From: Eukaryota sp. TZLM1-RC | Lineage: Eukaryota > Protista > Metamonada: BaSk clade | Reading direction: 5' to 3' | Assembly: GCA_040285825.1 (NCBI GenBank) | Contig: JAUPSS010000006.1 | Location: forward strand, 186,001-250,000 | DNA length: 64,000 nucleotides | Shown: in pieces, positions 21,960 through 34,501 of the stretch | How positions within the stretch are numbered: the stretch's first letter is position 1 | Layout: the number at the start of each line of letters is the position of its first letter | Notes under the pieces: generated by a model | Told to the model about the DNA's origin: nothing | Databases searched by the model: none | The model's input: the letters and a program-made list of their open reading frames with translations, nothing else | Position numbers and translations under genes: made by a program

Positions 21960-24900
21960 TCTTTGAGTTGTTTATTTAGCCTTTTTGTGTTTCTAATTTT
22001 GTTGTCTTTTTTTGGTTGTTTTATTTAATCTAATAATGAGAAATTTTTAATTCTTTTATGAGTTTAGTTTTTATAAAAGTGTTGAATTTTACTGTGCAAA
22101 AAACTGTTCTAGTGATTATACAAATGAATAGTAATCTGGGTTTTGAGATAATTACTTTGAAACAAAACTTTGGTTATTGTACTTTGAATTGATTTTTGAC
22201 TGATTCTCCTCAACAATGTTAAATGGAACACTCAACAGTGTTCTTTCTCTATTTTTCATACCGACATACATTGCGACATAAATGAGAAATAGATTATTAC
22301 TATTTTGAAGTGAGACAAACTGAGGCGGTCGCGAATGTAATGTGCTATAGTTATATTTATTTTAAATTAAAACTATTCATTTTTTCTAAAAATTACAGTC
22401 TAAAAATCAATGTCTTTATAACAAGCTTCCACACTATTAAACCCTACAGCAGTAATGTCTTCGTAATGTACACTGACAGACATCAGAGCTTTCGGAATCA
22501 TTGTAGGAACATAGTTAATAGATTGCATCTGCTTTTTAACGATTAAGAGAAGCACTTGTGATAAAACAAGCAGATTAGTATTTTGTAGAGGGCATCTTGA
22601 TTTATTGAATTTAGATACATTGGGTTCAATTAAATTTTACTAAGTTTTGGATTAATCGAACTGCTTTTTTTGGTCAAACTACAAAACATTTCCCGACTTG
22701 AAAATATACTAATAAACTACTGACAACCCAAGAACCAATGAATTTGAAAATGCAATTGTACCTCTGTCCCTCCCAAATATAGTGAGAAGAGCTGTTCTAA
22801 ATTTGGACACTTCAAAACCCTTTTCCTATATTCAACAACCCCCCAAATCAATTCCCCTCTAGCTCCAACAATAATCCTCTGTAGGTATCCTTTTAAGTGA
22901 AATTCAATCTTCACCTTACTTCCAACATTGCGACGTTAGGAAAAGAATTAAGCACTCAATTTGTTGCGAGGTCACAAGAAAGCCTTGTTTCATGCACGAC
23001 ATAGTTTTTAAACAGTGTCTTCAACTTTGGTCTGAAAGAAACCGATCCTGTTCTTATTGCCGCGAACCTTCACAGCTACCGTCCTCGGGAGAGAATCTCA
23101 CAATCAGTCAGGCAATCAATGAAATTCTCAGCTAAATTCTCAGCTCCTGATGGTGCGACCATGGTGCGATCACTGTGAGCATTATATCGACTCTTACATC
23201 GTCTTACACTAGAGCTTAACCAATAACACCCAAGACCTATCAATTAGCTTTCCCCTCTTAACTTCTAGTATTGAGTCTGGTTTCAGGTAACCCTACTTAA
23301 GTCGGCTGATTTATTGTGGGCAAGCTGTTTACTAAGCGTTGAGTTTTTCAATATTGAGATTTAATTCTAATACAGTCTAAGGGAATGTAGTTTTGGATAG
23401 ACAAACAAAGGATATTGACTGAGAGCCAGATCACAAGTTTTTTGACTATATCAATGCTGATATATTGACTCTTATGTATTGTTTTTATGTTGTTTGCGTA
23501 TTTTGTTTATGTTATAAATTAGTTTTTCTTAACAATTGTTTTTTAACGTTATGACAACCTGTGTGTTCTGATGTATTGATTTTGTCAAAGTCCTTTCCTT
23601 TAACATTGCTCAACTTTCTTGATTGCTCAACAAGCTTCGTCTACCGAGGGATTGATGAACCCTAAAACAACGAGATTCTCCAACAACCCACTCAGATTTT
23701 GGCCAAATTGTTCCCATTGATCCTGCTGTAGGTTGAAGATAACTGGAAGAAATAGTATCAGCAATTTCAGTTATGAATGAAAAGCTTTGTTAGGTGACAA
23801 AAGACTACCCTGACACGGTGTTCATTCAGAATTGTTCGACAACAAATTTATTGCTTACTATCAATGAAAACCAATATGCACATCAATTTCCTTCAAAATC
23901 AAAAAAAAGCTGAAATCAACTCGCATTAGGTGTTTTTGTCATTATTACGACAATCCAAATGGTCTCTGAATACAAGATGCTATAAAAACGTAGAACAACA
24001 GAGGAAGACAAACAAATTTTTCATCAGTTTCATTCTTCCGGTCGAGTTTCAATCCTTTCCGAGCTAGTACCTTATTGTTTTTATTGAGATAAGTATTAGT
24101 GTTTGTAAGAACCTTGTCATGATTGATACAAACATCCAAAACACAGTAATTGATTAGTAAACACTTTGGCAAACTACAAAAACTATCACATTCTCAATCG
24201 AGGTTTTTACATAAAACACACCATAAAGTCAACATGTTTATTCATCATCAACAAAGGGTTAAGAATTTTGAGGTTGTTTCATTATCTTTCAACATGGTTA
24301 TTAGTCATTTTCTTCATTCATCCTATCATTAAAACAGTGTAGTTACCATCAGGAATTTTGACTGGAGAGTAAAAGAGGTTTTTTATATTGCTAATTGCAT
24401 TAACGAAAAAACCATCGGTTTGAGGAAAAGACACACAATTTGAATCTTCTTCGTTAGGAGAGAAGCAGGAGTGTTTGTTTGCTGCACTTTAGTGTTCAAA
24501 CAAGCATGAGTAAGTAAAAAGTGCTATTGAATTGCATTTCATAACAATAATTAGGTTGAAGTTTCAGTTTATACAAAGGCTGACACAAAATTTCCAACCT
24601 GTCTACCCTATTACATTCATATTTAGGGTTTCAATTTGAATAACGTGAAAACTTGTTCTATTATAGGTCATTATTCGGTGACTGTCTTAGAAACATTCAG
24701 ATTATACAACAATTTATGTGATTTACACAAGTTCTGAATTTTTCTAAGTATCAACATAAGCTGACTGTCGCATTGTTTTAATTTGCAAAGTATTCAAAAA
24801 GTCACTAAGTGGCTTATTACTTGAGAAACTCAGAAACCATCATGAACACACAGTTTTTGAGATATGTGTCATTGATGATACCACCGTATTGTTGAGCAAT

Positions 24901-25474
24901 GCATTCAACAGAAATGTCTTTTTCAGATTTGAGAAAACTTACACATTGTGAACAGAATTGTATTTAGGATTGAAATTTTCACTGTGGTATTCAGCAGTTG
25001 CAGAATCATAACTGTCAAGGTTGTTTCAAACATTGTTGTTGGTATAGTAAATCTTTTTTTTACTACATGACATTGTATTATATTTTCACTACTCTCTGGA
25101 CCAGCTTCCCAAATGTTGGTTGTTTTGTCACAAAATATAGAGACTAAAATGTGTTCAGGTTGAATTATAAATAAGATTTAAGAATAATTGTTTTTAAATA
25201 CAATCTTGTTGCACAAGCTAATTAGAAGCTAATCATGTTTATTTCTTGCATTCCAAGAGCTGTTGAAATTACTTCACAGAGTTCTTGTTAAATGACTAGA
25301 CTAGATGTAGGATGCTTACCAGTAAAAATGTACTCTTCAATCTCTTCTAGCAGCACGGTTGGTTCCAATAGTCGTTTTGCTTGACACTTGACGTTAACAA
25401 CAGACAACTTTTGAACTTCTTGTTTGTCGTTTTTCTGACACATTTTGTAAAATTCTATTTCCTCAAGAATTACA

Positions 25475-26057
25475 TAGGGCTGTCTAAGTTCTGTTCAGAA
25501 AATATTTGGAACCTGAACTAAACGAAACCATTGTGCTTATGAACTGAACCGAACTGAACCAGTTCCGAACCGGTATAATAAAGGAATAGTCTGTTTTTTT
25601 TTAAAAAACTTATTTTGAAAACAAAACAAAGAGAGTTATGAATTCTACGGACAATACGCATTAAGGTTCCATTTCTGGTGTTCTCACCAGAGGGGTTTGG
25701 CATTTCGTTCACAAGTAGTAACGTCACAACGGATAAGACCATTTGGGAGACGGGTCATATATTTCAGAACCCAGAACCTGTTGGGTGAAGTGAAAGGAGA
25801 AGACATTATGTGTTCTATTATAGATATGAAACGAAAGAAGTCAAATGCAAAATATAAACTTTGATTTGACATTTTGAAAAACCAAATTAAACAAAAATTA
25901 AGCATATTTATTAATTACTGGTTGTATTCATTTATTTTATGTCATTGCAATAACTGAATACAAGTTATAAACAGTGTTTAAAAAACAATCTGAGACATTG
26001 GCTGAACTGGTTCAGAACCAGTTTAAACTAGTTCCGAACTGAACCTGCACAATCCTA
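25475..26057. mobile_element. hAT-derived non-autonomous element (583 bp) with an 8-bp TSD
   Basis: TIRs TAGGGCTGTC.. / ..GCACAATCCTA. TSD GAATTACA at 25467-25474 and 26058-26065. GAACTGAACC subterminal repeats. BED-finger-like remnant W..YM..CDVTTC..NGTLMR..H on the minus strand. Confidence 0.85.
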
Positions 26058-27119
26058 GAATTACATCCTTCCGTTTATAGCAAAATAACTGAACGATTTA
26101 TTTTTCATTTTGTTTTTGAAAAACTAAATACGAAATTGATCAAGAAAATAAGAAAATTGGGAAATTGTTGTGGGAGACTATTCGAGAGTTTTTGGTGAGG
26201 GTTTACAACAACTTGTTGTAGGACGAATCAAATAGTTAAAATACCACAAACAATTCAACTATTAACTTATTTATTAACTTATGTTTATAAGACATCTCCA
26301 GACAATATCCAGGAATTGTTTATGTAAAAAAATGTGTGCCAGAATACGTTACGAACTTTTTTTAAACAATTCACTGTTTGTGCCAATGTCTTTGAGTGAA
26401 GTAGTAGAGATACTACTTAATACCAGGTGCTCATCCGCATGATTGATGGATATGTGAGGTAGTTATCGATGAGCTCCTACGATCACTTGATTTGTTATAA
26501 AAACAATGATAATACTAATGATAATTTATGATAGTGAGTTGCAATACACAATCCATATCAACATATTCAATGTCAAACCCCCGAACTCCAACCTGCCACC
26601 AGACTTCCTCCCATTTTCCTGTGTCTCCTCCGTGGAAACACCGTCGTCAAGAATCGCCTTTCAATTCTCGATCCAGCTCGCCATCTATATGTGAGTCATA
26701 TCATTACCGTCTCCCACCTTTACAGATCATTGGTGAAGCAGAATTTGCAATTTGTGGCACATTGTATTGGATTGTAACTGCTTGAGCGAGGGATTTAGAT
26801 ATCGAATAAGTTTCAACAATGCAGTATTCTCGGAGAAACTCAAGGGCAAATTGTTTTCTGTCATAACATCGATGAGAAGGCTCAGGATAGTTTACATTTC
26901 CTTTTTGGTGACTTCTGGAAAAGCTTTTTTGGTTACGAAAAGAGTGGTAGGTTGTGGAGAGGCTGACGACAAACAGAATACATCCGTATTGGGGAAATTA
27001 ATGAAGTGAATCGTTATCCATATGGAACGGAGATATTTTGATATTATCAATAATATTATAGATTAAAGAAAATAAGAATTCAGTAAAATCCTAGCTGGCG
27101 GTTTTTAGGTTTCAATACA

Positions 27120-27193
27120 GTCGGTTTTGGTTCAGCGAGGTTTTGGGAAAAATGGTTTTGGTTCGGAACCAGAACTGAACCTGGACAGCCCTA
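27120..27193. mobile_element. Solo end of the same hAT family
   Basis: GGTTCGGAACCAGAACTGAACCTGGACAGCCCTA matches the TIR and subterminal motif at 25475. Confidence 0.65.
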
Positions 27194-27659
27194 GTCTGTT
27201 TAGGTGTAGTTCATGAAGATATAATCCCAGTTGACCCAAATTCGGTTGTGAATTGTTTCACTTTTACTTTTGTCCTACTTTGTTCAAGATGTACCACATT
27301 TTCTTTACATTGAGTGTACCGCTTTAAGTTTTCCCTTTGAAATTTGACACACTACCCGTCGTTTATTCCACATCTATTTTCTTTTGGTGGATGACCTCAA
27401 TACCCATTGTATCCATGCGACATAGCCAAATTCTTAAACCCAAGTGTTCAGTATGAGCATGGTTTTGTATGTAAAGCAAAGGGAGCAGCACTGTCTCTAA
27501 TTTCTACACATAGTGCATTTCACGCAAAGTAAGACAGTACAATGTTACTAACCGTTGGCAGTACCTTGATACAAATACCATAAACTACCGGTGATTGGTG
27601 CAACTGTATCTGCCAAAAAATTAATTAGCATTTTGCTCTTTCCAACAAAGACTGTAATA

Positions 27660-27960
27660 CAGATACCCTTTTCAGATATCCTCTGAAACCTTGCCAACCC
27701 AACTCTGTTATGGTTAGTTTCGGCTCTTTTACTCCAATTCCTTTGCTTGCATCACTTTCCTTCACCCCCAATCTCGATAAATACCGGGTTTGCCGCTGAA
27801 CTTTTGATAACAATTTCTATCTTCTCTCTTTCATCGTATCTCTTCCTGATGATGTAAATCTCCGTAACACTCATCTCCTCTGTGATGCATTGTTTGTTCT
27901 GCTCTCATCTGTAAAAATACGACTTGAATTCAAAGTCACACAGTGGGACTCGAACCCAGA
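27660..27960 (-). repeat. B-box-headed dispersed repeat (SINE/Pol III RNA candidate); relatives at ~39560-39980, ~47245-47665, ~62165-62600
   Basis: GGTTCGAGTC(C/T)C at the 5' end, purine-rich body, near-invariant GAGTTGGGTTGGYAAGGTTTCAGAGGATATCT at the 3' end. Confidence 0.5.
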
Positions 27961-28228
27961 TGGACGATTCCAATTGTGATGATTTATCTCGCCATTTGCC
28001 AAACTTACTCTTTTTTGTGTGTTGGTTTTATTTACCGACCTGACGTCTTGTTTTTATCAGCAATTATTGAGGGAAATCGTCTAAACAATTATTTCTCAAG
28101 TTATTGTAGTTTTTTCCCTAAAATCTCTTTCTTAATTTACAAGCTGCACTTATAGCTTTACAAACTTAGCTTTTTTTAGCTCGCATACCCAAGCATTTTT
28201 TTTCATTTAATTGATTTTTGAATTTTAC

Positions 28229-29605
28229 AGAGTCTCTACCAATTATTAAGAGTAATTCTTTTTATTTTGAGTCTTTATTTATAAATACATAAACAACCAA
28301 GTAATCATCAATCATTCAGTTTGTAATTGATTGAGGGTGATTATGGTTAAGAAAGATCTGATTACATGTGTCTGTATAGTCTACATGGTTTTGGATCTTT
28401 GTTGGTTTAATACTTACAGCAATTTCATTTATGAATTAATTTGAGGGTTTCTTTTTTTACGTCAACATGATTAATTCATTTTTATTTTCTTTATGTACTA
28501 CAACAATTAATATTGTATATTTCTACATTTAAGATAGGTTTAATTATGAAATGACTAAAACAGGATCGATCTTTTGAATTTCTTCCTTTACTGTGATTTT
28601 CCCTTTTCTAGAAATTGTCAATTTTCTCAAAAAATATATTCTTCCGCTTTATTTTCACAAAACTACAGCACTTCTAAACTTCTGCTTGTTCAGCAGCTGG
28701 AAAGTTAATTTGAGGGTCAAAACAAGGTTTAACATAAAAAAAGATACTTTTTCAAGAAATTGTTGCTCACAGATGTATTTCGTACATATCTTGCTCGTAC
28801 ATGCTGCTTGAATCGAAATCATTCTGATTGTCCTTCTTAATCAAAGTTTGGTTAAAAAGATACAATATTCAAGCCTGATTGAAAGTTTGTTGCCGCAGAC
28901 TCAATCAAAGTTTGGTTATCTTCATTTTCCTCGGAACAACAGGCACATTAAACCTCAGTGACCTACAAGAAATCTTTGAAGGAGATTCAAGATAAACTTA
29001 CATGCATTTAATAAAAAGAATGTTTCTCTTGAATTATTCAGATTGAAATTGATGTAGTGTTCGAGAACAGAATCAGCAACTACTGCTTCGGGTTGGGCTA
29101 ATGGTTCATCTGGCAAAAGAGAGAAAGGATAATTGGCACAGACATTCGTTTTATCTAGAGCATTACAATGAGCACGAATAAAATTTTTTTGTCCAGGATT
29201 GACAAGTTTTAGGTAGACTTGTCTTCACGTTAGACGCTAATTGACGAGCCCGACAAGCAAGGTAAGGAGAAATCCCTTTTCTATTGATAAAATTACGTTT
29301 CTGAGACTGCAGCCAAGCATTGAGAAAAAGATTGAATGAATTTCTATAAGGCACTAAAGAATTTTCCCATGAAGAAACAAGAGACCTGTCTTGTTGATGC
29401 CGTAGGTTGGAAATGTGAGGTTAAGATAAAGGTGATTTATTTTCTATTCATTTTATAAAAGCCTAAGGGCGCCAACACTGCTTCTCCGGTTTTTCAAAAT
29501 CAATCAGCTTTATAATGAATATTCAACTAACATCAATAACTAATAAACTAAACTAATTCTTCTTATTTCTATTACTACGTCTAGGCCGTTTAGGGGCGCT
29601 AGACT
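28229..29605 (-). repeat. ~1.4 kb repeated module (decayed ORF + 86-bp LTR + integrase 3' tail); copies at ~40756-42130 and ~48440-49820, partial at 29690-29945 and 63337-64000
   Basis: Direct sequence identity between copies and the repeated MPYRNSFNLFLNAWLQ ORF. Confidence 0.85.
29392..29477 (-). mobile_element. 86-bp LTR (also 41893-41978 and 49578-49663)
   Basis: TGTTG...CAACA termini, preceded on the minus strand by a purine tract (GAAAAA..GGAGAAG.AG) and the KRPRRSNR integrase tail. Confidence 0.75.
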
Positions 29606-30200
29606 CGTTTGTGTCTCATTGGGTTTACTTCTTTGAAATTTTGATTTTAACTTTGTGTTTGTTCGCTGACTTTTGTTTACTATTTTATTGGAGTCTCTAC
29701 CAAATATTAAGAGTAATTCTCTTTATTTTGAGTGTCTATTTTTAAATACATAATCGACTGAGTAATCATCAATCATTCAGTTTGTAATTGATTGAGGTTG
29801 ACTACGGTCAAGAAAGATCTGATTACGTGTGTCTGTATAGTCTACATGTTATTGGATCTTTGGAGGTTTAATACTTATAACAACTTCATTTATGCATCAA
29901 TTTGAGGGTTTCTTTTTTTTAATTCAACATAATTAATTCATTTTAATTTTGTTAACACGAAATTCCAGTTCTGATTCATTACTTTTGAGGAGTTAATACA
30001 AACACTCATGTACCCGTTTGTTTCAAATCAAAATCCGTTAACCTATGTTTCTGATCCAACTCGTGCATTGATTTTTTAACTTCTGAGATTAATAATTAAC
30101 ATTGATCCTGATAATTAAAGTCACGTTGAGGATGCGGAATTTCTGCATTTTCTAAAGCTAATGATGAGATTATACCATCATTGATGGTGCCACCAAAGTC

Positions 30201-31557
30201 TTACCGAGTGCACATTTTGAACTCGTACAACTTCATTGTGATAGTGGTATCACTGTATCCTAGTTCATGGCGCACATGCACCTTGTTTCTAACAGCAAGT
30301 TTAGTTGTAACAAAGATTTCATCAGGATGAAATTGGATATTGTCACCTCTATCCGCAACGAATCGACCTCCCAACAGCAAGAGAACCTTAATCGTTCTCT
30401 CTCTTGGGTGGACATTTTCAACTAGGAAATGCCTTACCGTTCCTCTGAGTGATGGTCCTTTGTGATGGTGAGGATACATCTTGGCGATACAAAACAACCT
30501 GTCCTTATACTCATCACTTCCGCCGACATTAGTTTTCCCATGCGGAGTCGTTCGTCAGGAATGGCATCCCTGTGTCAATATTTAGTTTTCGGAGTAGCTG
30601 CCTGATACTTTGTACGCGGTGCGTCAAAGTAACAATTTCCAGGATCTTCAGCTACAAAACTAACCGAGCTCTCTGAATCGTTCCAAAAAATCGACTTCTT
30701 GATCTTGTTGTTCGAGAACTAAGTCGTCCTGCGTTTATCCACGTGAGCTACCAAATAGGAAAGGCCATCGTTTCTTTGGAAACTCTTCCCTTTCCTCTAT
30801 ACAAGAAGAATCGACAATAATATTGGATTCATTCTCGATGGCAGCCTCGATTTCATCATCGCTCCAATCTTTGATCAGGTAGGCTAGCAATGATAGACCG
30901 GAAGAAGTCTATAACAGTATAGGCGATTCTCTTCTTCAATTTTCGACGGTACCACTCTTGAGAAGTGCGGTATTCTGTGTCCGTCCATTGAATATCAGAA
31001 GGGGCAGTGGGGGGTTTATCACCATTCCAATGTCTAGTCCCATCGTTTGGGTTTGATGCTCCCATCTGAGAGGAGGTAACAGTAACAGAAGACGAGTCTT
31101 TATGAGCTTTTTCGGACGGGGAGGGAGGAGGGTTCGTGTTAGAGATATCCTCTCCATCTCCTTCCGTCACTTTCGAAGGAAGCTGTTGGTTTCTCACACC
31201 AAGAGGTAACTTCATCCCATTTGGGAGATTGTTGTTTGGGTCATAGGTGTAGTCGCCTATGTTACTTTCTGTATGCGGAGCGTTCTTCGTAGATGAAGTG
31301 CTTCTCTCCTCAGGCGGAGGATTACTCTTCCGAATGGAAGGACTACTCTTTAGGAAGGATTACTCTCCTTTGTATGAGGTCTCTCCTGGTGAGGAGGATT
31401 GCTGTTCACATCATGGCCGCCTAAGCCATTAATTAATGATGCTGTTGTAGACATGCTGCGTAACAGGTAAAATGATGAAGATCATTTACTAAATCCACCG
31501 GTCCTTCTAAAGGTTATCACTAGTGAAGTATCGATGACAAATGTACACAGTACAACA
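30201..31557 (-). mobile_element. Decayed element: putative 121-bp LTR (31437-31557), palindrome, disordered N-terminus and a possible tyrosine-recombinase-like segment
   Basis: TGTTG..GCATCA followed by TTAATTAATGGC. KVLLLLGGR..NIQFHPDEIFV resembles YR box I. No partner LTR was found. Confidence 0.35.
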
Positions 31558-31791
31558 CATCTCGGCAAAAATCAGGATTCAAATTATCTAGTTCATCTGG
31601 CATTTCTTTGATGTCATTTTCGTTTTAAGATATCCACGTGCACCACAAAACAGATAAAATAGATGTTCAGTATGTTAATTGCTGGTAGTTTTCAAACCAC
31701 GGAGTTTTTTCAAATGAGAAAATCGCATAACTTTAGAATCTGAATGTTCAAGTGCCAAATAGATCCCCCAAAAATTACGTATGGCCCCAAA

Positions 31792-32900
31792 TTATAAATA
31801 GGCAAAACAAAACTGACCCAAGCTGTAGTCAGGTGGTTGAATGATCTTCTTTGCCTTTGGATTTAGAACAAGGTGCGAAAGTTGATGGTCAACATTGTTA
31901 TTATCTATTCTTGTTTCAATTGAATACCCACACAAATTTTTGTGGTTAGGATCAATTGCACAAAATGAATATTCAATTGGATCAACTGGAGGAGGCTCAT
32001 AGGCATCGTCAGTTCTTCGACGTTGCCTTGCACGTACCTGTTGTTGAACTCTGGAGTTGCGTTTCTGACTTCTGGCAGGTATATCGTGTTGTCCACTGGC
32101 TATGGTGGTTGCCAATTGTCTGGCTATCCGGCGATTTTTGGTTTTGTTGGGGGCAAAGGAAAATGAAAAGCGGATTGAAACAGCATCTGAACTTTGTGTG
32201 TAAGTCATATACCTTTATTTTCTGAAAAAGGCAAACCGGTTCTTCAGCAGACAAAGGTTGGCAGTAAAAGAAAGAAAATGATTTTCCAGTTTTTGACTAA
32301 AAGAGATAAATCATGGCATCAGATGCAGTATTTTCGAGAAAGGATAAAATATTTAGCCCAGCAGTGATGGTGAAGGTGGTGTTGTCTGGATTGAGATTAA
32401 CACTGTCCAGCATCAACATAGTGAAACGATGAGGATCGACAACTTGGTGAGTAAATAGGTCCAGTATGTACTCGTAATGAGCATCATATCATGCTTGCAA
32501 AGAGTCAGGAATAGTGGCTGCAGTCGTGTTCAGCACTAATGAAGCATATTTTTTTTGGACAAGGGCATTCAAAGACGGTAGCCATTGTCCGGAAGAAGTT
32601 CAGCTTCCAGTAGACACGACTATCAGTAAGTATTTGACAAAAGTTGTTCGCCATTTGCAGTGTGCGAAAGCTTCTAATGTCGGAATGGCATGGTTCCTTT
32701 CTGAAAGCCAATAGGAGGAAACGGCCAGCTAGGTCGGAAACATACATCATAGAGTGCGCAGTGCACTTCCATATGATTCTCGAAGGGGAGTCTCACAGTC
32801 GGATGAGGTACCATTACAAAGTCTTGGCATTGATACCAAAACTGTTGTTGATATAATCAAGATGGATTTATCCACAAATTTTAAAATGATTTGGTCATTA
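31792..32900 (-). mobile_element. Fanzor1-like pseudogene fragment reaching RuvC-I
   Basis: SSDAVSIRF (TDG-like strand) followed by FCAIDPNHKNL. Homologous to 33150-33629. Confidence 0.6.
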
Positions 32901-34501
32901 TACAAACCATATAAGTTCCCCGCTGTTTGGGTTTTGCTGATTTTATTCAGTGGTACAGCTGATATAATTTTCAGAAAATGTCATGGAGAAATATTTTCGT
33001 CAACCTTTGTAGTAGTGTTATTAAATCTTCTACATCATGCTGTAACTTATTTTCTAAGGAAAACTTATTGACAACATTTTCATTTACGATCAGAAAATTA
33101 ACAACATCAACAGTTGTGGAGTCTGAGTGGCTGATTGAAGGTGTACTTATCACTTATTAAAAGAATGGGTTTCAATTTCATATTTGAGATTCGGAATCAC
33201 AAGTTCAAATTGGATCAACTGGAGGAGGCTCATAGGCGTCATCAGTTCATCAGTTCTTTGACGTTGCCTTGGACGGACCTGTTGTTGAACTCTGGAGTTG
33301 CGTTTCCGACTCTTGGTAGGTATATCGTTTTGTCCACTGGCTATGGCCGTTTCAAATTCTCTGGCTGAGCGGCGATTCATGGTTTTCTCAGAAGCTGTTG
33401 AGAATGGTAACCTAAGAGATAAACCATCTGATGCAAGTGTAAACAAGGGCAAAGTTCTTTTGTTGAAGTGCTTGAATGGGTTTCTGAGTAGTTGTCGGTT
33501 TGGATTTAAACGCAAGAAGTGTTTTTCAAGTTGTTGAGTGAAAGAAATAAAACCTGGTGAGTAGCTTGCGGATGGAGCGAGAGCGTCTCTCTTCAATGTT
33601 TCACCGGGCATGTTCTCGAGGAAGGACAAACTACTTGGAAGCCGGCTGAGATGATAACAGTCATCGATTCAGCGTTTAGTTGGATGTCAGTTTCTTCCAA
33701 GAGGGGGTTGAACTATTGGAACCTAGCAGGGTCACCTGATTGTTAGTTAAATAAATCAGTTATGTGAGCATGATGTTTGTCATACCAACCAAGTTCCTGC
33801 TCAGAAACGGCGGAATCTTTATGAACGGCAGCAGCTTATCCTTTCGGAGCTGGACAGTCAAAGAAAACTGCCATTGTTTTGTAGAAGTTAAGCTTCCATA
33901 CAACTGGGTCATCTGTCATTATTTGACCGAAATGGTTCGACATTTTCAAACAAAATGAAATCACGATTAGACAGTTGTCCTGAACATATTTGTAATAGTG
34001 TATAAGCAACAGCCCACCCACATAAGCAACTGCTTAATGTCTAAAGATAACCATGGACGTAGTGAGTAAGTAATATATCGCTGATGTTGAGGCTCAGTTA
34101 TTGAAGAGAAAGACTGTGCATTGTTGTAGTGAAAAGGCAAGACCCTCAAAACACGTATTTGCTCACACTTCCTTTTGCTTTGCAATGCATCTCGTTAATT
34201 CTTTTGTCCATGCCAGAGATTCTGGGACATCGCTCTGTGTTACGCCCGAATGTCTCTCTACTCAATTTGTCAAGAGCTTTGATGAGCTCATACATTTCGT
34301 TGAGGGGAATTTCTAATACCTTTGGGTATCCCCAACCATACTAAGGGTCTGAAAACCAACGTTTCTGCTTTTTTAGGAATGTAACCCCACATAAGGGAAG
34401 CTGCTAGAACAGACAGAAATCTGTTGGTTCGAGGTGAGCTTCCGCATCTTCCCTTAATAACTTATAGAACACATCGGAAGAGTCGTCCTATTCCTCCATT
34501 T

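Noticed and set aside
22700-25450. Possible decayed transposase (MULE/SWIM-like Cys patterns)
   Set aside because: Too degraded to support a call.
25540-26057. CRISPR-like array from GAACTGAACC repeats
   Set aside because: Spacing is irregular and the repeats are explained as hAT subterminal motifs. No CRISPR array is seen in the window.
27940-28000. tRNA genes at the GGTTCGAGTCCC motifs
   Set aside because: Only a T-arm/B box is present. No acceptor, D or anticodon stems could be built.
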